Both the position numbers and the translations under genes were made by a program. Under the pieces are notes generated by a model, which did no database searches, was not told the origin of the DNA, and saw nothing but the letters and a program-made list of their open reading frames with translations. Below, piece after piece: positions 8,021-13,863 of a stretch of DNA of 13,863 bases. The DNA lies in the NCBI GenBank assembly GCA_048939465.1, contig JBHLPL010000011.1, positions 1-13,863 on the forward strand, written 5' to 3'. Source of the stretch: Promethearchaeota archaeon (lineage in GTDB: Archaea > Asgardarchaeota > Odinarchaeia > Odinarchaeales > JBHLKK01). Within the stretch, counting starts at the first letter, position 1. Each line of letters starts with the position of its first letter.

Positions 8021-10366
8021 ATGAAAAAAGGAATTTCAGCTGCATTGTTATTGATTCTCACCTTTTCCTGTTCGATTGCGCTGTCCTTTTCTAACACGAT
8101 CCAGACCCAGAGTGGTACTCTGCCTGATTTCAGCGGACGCGGAGGTCCTATTAACATTGCAGAATACGCTGTGGGAGATTTTGGTGCGCAAAATATATCC
8201 GCGACGACTTCATGGTCTGCCATGCCAGACACAGTGATAACCCCGGGCTATAATGCCGTCAAAATTACTCTTACTTTCTCCACAGGCTATGATGTAAGGA
8301 ACTGGACTGTCAATGAGAACTTTACCATTCCCTCCCCCGCCAACTGGTCAACGTGTGAACTAAACAATGAGGTGGGTCAAGATGTGGTCAATTTCACCAT
8401 GACTTACGAAGGTACCTATGATGATTGTGTTGAAGTCAGTGGAAAAGGGGGAGGACAGGGTGAGCCAGATGCGATAGGAGACTACGGAGGTTGGAGACAG
8501 ATCGTCGACATCACGAGTGCAGATATTGCTGCAGCTGAGATCATTCTCAACTACAGTCGCGACTATCAAAGCCAGAATCCTAACAATGCTCGGTTATTTG
8601 TGGATGTTAATGGGCAGAGGCTTGAAATAGCCCGATTTGATGATCCTAACGATTCACCTACTCCTCTATGGCATATTTTTGAGGCTGATCTGGATGCAGA
8701 GCAGTTAAATGAAAGCTTACCGGGACTACTGAACGTATCTTTAGGAGTCGAATACAGAGGCGGGAAATTAGCTCAACAAGTAACAGCCTACTATAGTTAC
8801 GTGTCACTGGTGATAACTGTGCCTGCAGTGAGCTCACAGTATGATGTGAGAATTAGAGATGCTGCCCAACCTACGGAAAACACTTCCATTCCTGAGAGCG
8901 GTATCGTTACCCTGGAGGGAAACTGGGTTGATCAGATTGACCTGGAAATCTGGTCTAATTCATCTGTTTCTGTTGGTTTTACTACGAGTGTCGACGCTGT
9001 TTCCAATAAAACCGTCATCTTCGATTTCCAAACCGTACCCGATAACAACGTAAACTGGAGTGGAGTATTCGAAGCAATTCATCCGTATTATCCCTATGAC
9101 TATAAACACTTTAATATCTCAGTACCCTTGGATTGGAACATTTCCAGTGTTTTGGATCCGATACTGAAAGAGCAATTGGGCAAGAATGCCTCTATCTTCA
9201 CCTTCCCCAGTCAGAAAATACTATTTGTAGATGCTGAGCATGCTGGCAGGGATTTGGGATTGACCGAGGCTTTGTTCGGAGACTGGCAGATATTTGCTGA
9301 CTCGCCTAATTACGCGTTGGATTGCTTCACTCAAGCTCAGTCGGACGCAGGATGGGCTAACACATCCACGATCCATCTAAACGAAATCCTTCGAACTACT
9401 CTTGTCATAAATTCCAGCGTCCTGGCCTTAAACGCCGGACGAGCTTTTCTGACCATTTACGATCCAGACCTGACAGTTTTCGCTCAGCAGGCAATCATTC
9501 CCAATGCATCGGGAATTATCGATTTTGATGACATTTCATTTGACCTCACCATCTCCAAAGCAGGAAACTACACGATAGATCTGGGCTGGGCGGGAAACGA
9601 TGAGGCAGGGAACATACGAAGCCAATTCCTGTTAATCCGTCCGGCAAGCTTTGAGCTGCTTCATCCTACGGACTCGGAGGCATCCGTCTATGTGGATTCG
9701 TCTTTCATGATTTCAGTACAATTGATGGACAACTACACGGCCGAAGCCGTTACAGATATGCAAGTATTTTGCCATTTCAGCTGGGAGAATGAAACCAGTT
9801 GGCATCTAATGGATATTTCAGGAGATCGTTATGTGACAACAGTTTATCTGCCTCCGGCTGTTCTACCCGGTCCTTATTCAATCCATCTTAGTACAGAGAA
9901 TCAGAGTGTAAGCTATGAGGCGAAAAGCATATCTCTTGAAATCGATATCAAAGCTTTGCCCACATCCGGGATACTGGGCCTAGATTTGATAACTCTTCCA
10001 GTAGCGATCGGGGCAGTAGCAGGAGCTGGAGGATACATTCTTTGGAATCAGTTTCTCAAATATCCGGCCATGGTACGCAAAATACGTAAACTGCGTGCCA
10101 AAATCCGAAAGGGAAAAACTGCTACCGAGCCCGTCGAAGTGAAGAGCCGTCAAGACTTGGCAAGAGATTTGCAGGTGGCACCTTGGAAGCCGACTGGAGA
10201 CATAACAGCCATGGAAACTGAAACAACTCCCGAAATGACCATAGAACAGACTGTACCTGCAGAAAAAACGCCGAAGAAGAATTATCAGAAGAAGAAAGGA
10301 AAGGGGACCGGAAGAAGTAAACGGAAGCAGCAAAAGAAACGAGGTAAAGGAACGAAGAGCAAATGA
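8021..10366 (+). CDS. Large secreted, C-terminally membrane-anchored cell-surface glycoprotein of unknown function (781 aa)
   Basis: N-terminal signal peptide (MKKGISAALLLILTFSCSIALS), acidic beta-rich ectodomain with about 23 N-x-S/T sequons by my count, a TM helix (LITLPVAIGAVAGAGGYILW) and a K/R-rich cytoplasmic tail. Confidence 0.85.
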   Translation: MKKGISAALLLILTFSCSIALSFSNTIQTQSGTLPDFSGRGGPINIAEYAVGDFGAQNISATTSWSAMPDTVITPGYNAVKITLTFSTGYDVRNWTVNENFTIPSPANWSTCELNNEVGQDVVNFTMTYEGTYDDCVEVSGKGGGQGEPDAIGDYGGWRQIVDITSADIAAAEIILNYSRDYQSQNPNNARLFVDVNGQRLEIARFDDPNDSPTPLWHIFEADLDAEQLNESLPGLLNVSLGVEYRGGKLAQQVTAYYSYVSLVITVPAVSSQYDVRIRDAAQPTENTSIPESGIVTLEGNWVDQIDLEIWSNSSVSVGFTTSVDAVSNKTVIFDFQTVPDNNVNWSGVFEAIHPYYPYDYKHFNISVPLDWNISSVLDPILKEQLGKNASIFTFPSQKILFVDAEHAGRDLGLTEALFGDWQIFADSPNYALDCFTQAQSDAGWANTSTIHLNEILRTTLVINSSVLALNAGRAFLTIYDPDLTVFAQQAIIPNASGIIDFDDISFDLTISKAGNYTIDLGWAGNDEAGNIRSQFLLIRPASFELLHPTDSEASVYVDSSFMISVQLMDNYTAEAVTDMQVFCHFSWENETSWHLMDISGDRYVTTVYLPPAVLPGPYSIHLSTENQSVSYEAKSISLEIDIKALPTSGILGLDLITLPVAIGAVAGAGGYILWNQFLKYPAMVRKIRKLRAKIRKGKTATEPVEVKSRQDLARDLQVAPWKPTGDITAMETETTPEMTIEQTVPAEKTPKKNYQKKKGKGTGRSKRKQQKKRGKGTKSK

Positions 10367-10374
10367 CAAAAATA

Positions 10375-10408
10375 GAGGTATAAGAAGAGGAAAGTATTAC
10401 TATACCTC
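10375..10408 (+). terminator. Inverted repeat downstream of the surface-protein gene (possible terminator or stability hairpin)
   Basis: GAGGTATA (10375-10382) and TATACCTC (10401-10408) form a perfect 8-bp inverted repeat starting 9 nt after the stop. No clear T-tract. Confidence 0.3.
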
Positions 10409-10709
10409 CCCATCCTCTGATAATATGCATATGTAAAGAAGAGTCTATGAGACGAATAAGCTTTGTTGTTTCTGTTATTTGGTTCTCAGACTGGTGGCTG
10501 GTCCTTTTTGGAAGTTAATATGTTTGCAATCTCGAGAGGAGTGAATCTATAGCTCCTGGAAATATAGTCGAGTCTTTTACGGTACTCTAATAACTCAACA
10601 ATAACTAACCTTCGGGTCTTTTGCTGTTGGGTGATTCGTTCAGGTCATTGATATTCTGAAGCAAACTCTAACTTGTAGCTGGCTAATCCCTTCAAATGCA
10701 AGTTGATGA

Positions 10710-12074
10710 TTACTTCGATACCGTTCTTATTTCTCTCTCAATTATCTCTAGAGCGGAATCGATCAATTCGCGTTTAATTATAAGCGGAGGCACAATCCTG
10801 AGGGTTGATAGCCCTGCCATAATTAATAGTACACCTTTTTTCCAGGACCCCATCATGATAGTCTCAGCCTCATCGACAGCAGGTTCTCTGGATTTTTGAT
10901 CCTTGACAAGCTCGACACCTATCATTAATCCTTTTCCTCTAACATCACCGATTATCTCAAGATCCTCTTTCATTTCATTGAACCTTTCCATAACATAGTC
11001 TCCCTGCTTTACTGCGTTCTCCATCAGCCGTTCCTTTTCAATGATCTCGATGACTTTGTTGGCTACATGACAGGAAACGGGATTTCCTCCGAAGGTTGTT
11101 GCATGGGAGCCATATTCCCAATCCATTAACTCTGCCTTAGCTATCATAGCGCCGATAGGAAGGCCAGACGCAAGTGCTTTTGCGGTTGATATTACATCAG
11201 GGACAATTCCAAAATGCTCAATTGCAAACCATTTGCCTGTCTTACCTATCCCTGATTGAACCTCATCATCTACTAGGAGAATTCCATGCTTATCAGTCAG
11301 TTTCTTGAGTCTTTTGAAATACTCAGGGGGAGGAACAATATAACCGCCTTCTCCTTGAATAGGTTCAAATACTGTGGCCGCAACTTCCTCAGGCGGGATA
11401 AAAGTATCAAGGACCTCTTCCTCAATATAATCTATGCACCAGAAATTACACTCCGGATATTCTTGTTTGAAAGCGCACCTGTAGCAGTAAGGATATGGCA
11501 CATGCGTGACCCCAGGGATCAAAGGAAAGAAACCGCGACGGTGTTGTATTTTACTAGCTGTAAGGCTGAGCGAACCTAGGGTGCGGCCGTGGAATCCTCT
11601 TGTGAATGCGATCATACGTGGTTTTCTCGTATGATATCGGACACATTTAAACGCAGCTTCAACAGCTTCAGTTCCGCTGTTGCATAAAAAGACTTGTTTA
11701 TCAAAGCTTCCCGGTGTGATCCTTGTCAGGTTCTCAGCTAGGTCTACAAACGGCATGTAATAGAAATCGGTTGCGCTATAGTGAAGGAGTTTTTCAGATT
11801 GCTCTCTAATAGCACTCAGAATGTCCGGGTGGCCGTGTCCTACGGCCATGACAGCAACGCCGGCATTGAGGTCGATATATTTCTGGAAGACAGAAGCTGT
11901 ATGATTCTATCTATTCCCATCAACATCAACAACAATTGCCCCGCTAGCTTTTTCAGCAACCATTGGATACCATCGCTTGAAGCTTGCGCTAACGACCTTT
12001 TTATCACGCGCGACCAATCCTCTTGCTTTCGGCCCTGGCGGCGTTATATTGATTTTTGGATATTCTTCTCCCAT
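10710..12074 (-). CDS. Class-III PLP-dependent aminotransferase (GABA/(acetyl)ornithine AT family), intron-containing: complement(join(10710..11882,11913..12074)), 444 aa after splicing
   Basis: Exon 1 (54 aa) reads MGEEYPKINITPPGPKAR...GAIVVDVDGN. Exon 2 (390 aa) reads KYIDLNAGVAVMAVGHGHP...NSGTEAVEAA...FHGRT...EPIQGEGG...DEVQSGIGKTG...TAKALASG (PLP lysine)...HATTFGGNP...DVRGKGLMIGVE. The two exons are in the same frame and separated by exactly 10 codons including a TAG. Confidence 0.92.
11883..11912 (-). other. Putative 30-nt archaeal bulge-helix-bulge (BHB) intron in the aminotransferase mRNA
   Basis: RNA AGAUAGAAUCAUACAGCUUCUGUCUUCCAG. Central helix GGGA/UUCC (4 bp), 3-nt bulges AU|A and AG|A, intron stem GAUAGAA/UUCUGUC (7 bp), 9-nt loop. 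Cutting after the second base of each bulge gives GGG AAU|AAA UAU AUC GAC (GNKYID). Confidence 0.85.
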
Positions 12075-12107
12075 GGTTCTGCCCCTGTGTGAGATGGAGT
12101 CAAGAAG

Positions 12108-12121
12108 TATTAATAGCTTTC
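12108..12121 (-). promoter_or_regulatory. Candidate BRE/TATA (GAAAGC-TATTAATA) for the aminotransferase gene
   Basis: AT-rich box about 34 nt upstream of the ATG at 12074, preceded by a purine-rich element. Confidence 0.35.
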
Positions 12122-12222
12122 TACACGAACTGCGCAAGAGTTTCTGAATCTAGTAGTCCGGTATTCGAAAGTCGGAAGCACCGTCAACTATTTTATTTAG
12201 AAGCCAACTATTCCCTATTCGT

Positions 12223-12672
12223 ATGAGATTGACTATTCGTCTGACCAGAAGTAAGCGAGAACTGGAGCAAGTACTCAGAATAAGAGAAACTGTTTTCATA
12301 AAGGGCCAGAATGTGCCTGCCGAAATGGAGTTAGACGGCTTGGATGATGAAGCAAAACATGTTATTGTGAAATATGGTGATAAGCCTGTAGGAACAGCTC
12401 GCATAAGATTGCGCGGTAATGAAGCCAGGGTTGAGCGCCTTGCCGTATTGGAAAGGTACAGAGGAATGGGCATAGGCAAAAGAACGTTAAAATATGTGAT
12501 AGACTATTGCAGAAGAAAAAGAGTCACCGAAGTTGTTTTGCATGCTCAGTATTACGCCAAAGACTTCTATGAAAAACTGGGCTTTAGGGCAAGGGGCAAG
12601 AGATCCATGGAGGCAGGTATTGAACATGTGGAGATGTACCTAATTCCAAGCGGAATTCAAAGCAGATCTTAA
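12223..12672 (+). CDS. GNAT-family N-acetyltransferase (ElaA/YjcF-like)
   Basis: IRETVFIKGQNVP..ELDGLD..AKH, VGTARI, RLAVLERYRGMGIG acetyl-CoA motif A, LHAQYYAKDFYEKLGF, EAGIEHVEM. Confidence 0.93.
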   Translation: MRLTIRLTRSKRELEQVLRIRETVFIKGQNVPAEMELDGLDDEAKHVIVKYGDKPVGTARIRLRGNEARVERLAVLERYRGMGIGKRTLKYVIDYCRRKRVTEVVLHAQYYAKDFYEKLGFRARGKRSMEAGIEHVEMYLIPSGIQSRS

Positions 12673-12700
12673 AAACGGGGCACAATTGTGTAAGGAAGCA

Positions 12701-12708
12701 TTTATAAA
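12701..12708 (+). promoter_or_regulatory. Candidate TATA box (TTTATAAA) of the ZIP gene
   Basis: Consensus archaeal TATA with a purine-rich AAGGAAG upstream, 47 nt before the first ATG. Confidence 0.5.
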
Positions 12709-12755
12709 GACTCAATCAAAACACTCTGGACGATAGGGGAAGATCGATTCTAATT

Positions 12756-13505
12756 ATGGTGAAGATGATGAATGGTTTGGTCTTAACCATCATAAGCACA
12801 TCACTCATGAGCACTATTACATTTTCAGGAGTTCTGACTCTGCTACTCAAAGAGGAGGTTCTGAACAAGATCCTACTGGTCTTTGTTGGTTTTTCAGCGG
12901 GAGCACTAATTGGGGGGGCTTTTTTACACCTGTTACCGGAGGCCATAGAAGCATTGCCTTCGCAAATCGTATTCATACCTCTGATAGCTAGCTTCATTCT
13001 CTTCTTTGTGTTCGAAAAGCTTCTTTGGCGACATTGCCACAAAGCTGAATGTGATATACATCCTTTTGCTTACCTGAATCTAATTGGCGACGGCGTTCAC
13101 AATTTCATTGATGGTCTAGTAATTGCGGCCAGCTTCATTGCTGGCATACCCTTGGGAATTGCAACGACTCTGGCAGTAGCATTTCATGAAATCCCTCAAG
13201 AGATTGGAGACTTCGGAGTTATTGTCTTTGGAGGGATGAGCAAGAGAAAAGCGTTAGCTTTAAACTTCGTTACGGCTCTAACAGCGATTCTTGGCGGAAT
13301 AATCGGCTACTTCCTCTCTTCCAGTATTCAAGAAATCGGAATTCTTCTGTTGCCTTTTGCAGCCGGAGGATTCATATACATTGCAGCTTCAGATCTAGTT
13401 CCAGAGCTTCATAAGGAATCCAATCCAAAAAGATCATGGACAGCGTTTGCCGCATTTTTGGGGGGTATTTCTCTTATGGGGCTTGCTCTCCTAATAATAG
13501 GCTAA
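12756..13505 (+). CDS. ZIP-family divalent metal (Zn/Fe/Mn) transporter
   Basis: FSAGALIGGAFLHLLPEA, His/Cys loop RHCHKAECDIH, GDGVHNFIDG and HEIPQEIGDF metal-site motifs, AAGGFIYIAASDLVPEL. Start could be the ATG at codon 1, 4 or 5. Confidence 0.95.
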   Translation: MVKMMNGLVLTIISTSLMSTITFSGVLTLLLKEEVLNKILLVFVGFSAGALIGGAFLHLLPEAIEALPSQIVFIPLIASFILFFVFEKLLWRHCHKAECDIHPFAYLNLIGDGVHNFIDGLVIAASFIAGIPLGIATTLAVAFHEIPQEIGDFGVIVFGGMSKRKALALNFVTALTAILGGIIGYFLSSSIQEIGILLLPFAAGGFIYIAASDLVPELHKESNPKRSWTAFAAFLGGISLMGLALLIIG

Positions 13506-13516
13506 GAGCGTTTTTT

Positions 13517-13861
13517 CTATTCTATCTCTTCTGTGTGTTCTTCCATCCGTTCTAAACTCTCTTTTAGAAATGATTCTAAGGCACCTTTGACAATATGGCC
13601 TCTTGCTGTGTATATTTCAACAAAGTGATCCCTAAGTGTATGGAAGGATATCTCGCCGACCCTTTTTGCTATTAGAACGTTTACTTCATCTTTCGCCAAT
13701 AGATTCGACAAACCCAAACCAGCTCTAGTTTCTTTCTTACTGTATGGATTATCCTTCATAGTATGATTCTTTATCTGACCTTTCTCCACGTCAATAAGGA
13801 CGTAATAAGGGCTCCTCCCAAAGTATTCTGAAATCCTTGATTCCAGTCCGTTTTTCTCACT
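13517..13861 (-). CDS. NifB/NifX-family (dinitrogenase FeMo-cofactor-binding-like) protein, 5'-truncated by the window edge
   Basis: The frame stays open upstream of the track's GTG at 13789 and reads SEKNGLESRISEYFGRSPYYVLIDVEKGQIKNH...NP...LLAKDEVNVLIAKRVGEIS, matching the family's S.(H/Y)FGR(A/S)PY and V..+I...+G motifs. Confidence 0.8.
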   Translation of the reverse strand, partial: SEKNGLESRISEYFGRSPYYVLIDVEKGQIKNHTMKDNPYSKKETRAGLGLSNLLAKDEVNVLIAKRVGEISFHTLRDHFVEIYTARGHIVKGALESFLKESLERMEEHTEEIE

Positions 13862-13863
13862 TA

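Noticed and set aside
11907-11909. Pyrrolysine or TAG readthrough as the explanation for the split aminotransferase
   Set aside because: Readthrough would leave a 10-residue insert inside the conserved DVDGNxYID strand. The BHB model removes exactly those residues. No pyl genes are visible in the window.
11883-11912. Spliceosomal, group I/II intron or intein interpretation
   Set aside because: There is no GU/GC or AU..AC donor, 30 nt is far too short for a self-splicing intron, and an intein cannot contain a stop codon.
10710-12137. Treating 10710-11849 and 11907-12137 as two separate genes or as a frameshifted pseudogene
   Set aside because: Both are in the same frame, each is an incomplete part of one fold, and all catalytic motifs are intact. 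The track's start at 12137 adds non-homologous residues; the ATG at 12074 is the likely start.
2291-12479. Alternative-frame and antisense ORFs in the track (for example 2291-2563, 2307-2597, 2619-2993, 3176-3529, 7903-8232, 9980-10369, 10122-10430, 11286-11579, 11781-12092, 12150-12479)
   Set aside because: They overlap well-supported genes on the other strand or frame and carry no recognisable motifs, consistent with shadow ORFs.
13517-13789. The track's 90-aa ORF starting at GTG 13789 as a complete gene
   Set aside because: The frame is open to the window edge and the family motif (YFGRSPY) lies upstream of that GTG.
1-13863. tRNA/rRNA genes, CRISPR arrays, IS elements, integrases
   Set aside because: By manual reading I found no cloverleaf, regularly spaced repeats, transposase or terminal inverted repeats.

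Overview
Archaeal genomic window, possibly Asgard-like (inferred only from the style of one surface protein). It has GGTGA/GGAGG ribosome-binding sites and TTTATA-type promoters. Left to right: a 5'-truncated HerA-family ATPase and an Icc-like metallophosphoesterase (+); an nfeD-stomatin(SPFH)-small Zn-ribbon cluster (-); a 71-aa very basic ORF weakly resembling eL39 (+); a Ni/Co ECF transporter operon, nikM/cbiM-PDGLE-Q-O (-), with candidate NikR-type boxes over its promoter; a 781-aa sequon-rich membrane-anchored surface protein (+); a class-III PLP aminotransferase (-); a GNAT acetyltransferase (+); a ZIP transporter (+); and a truncated NifB/NifX-family protein (-). The main result is that the aminotransferase, split into two ORFs in the track, is one gene interrupted by a 30-nt in-frame insert containing a TAG (11883-11912). 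The insert folds into a bulge-helix-bulge (BHB) motif, and the canonical endonuclease cut sites of that motif restore the conserved DVDGN-KYIDL sequence exactly. This is a candidate archaeal tRNA-type intron in a metabolic protein-coding mRNA.
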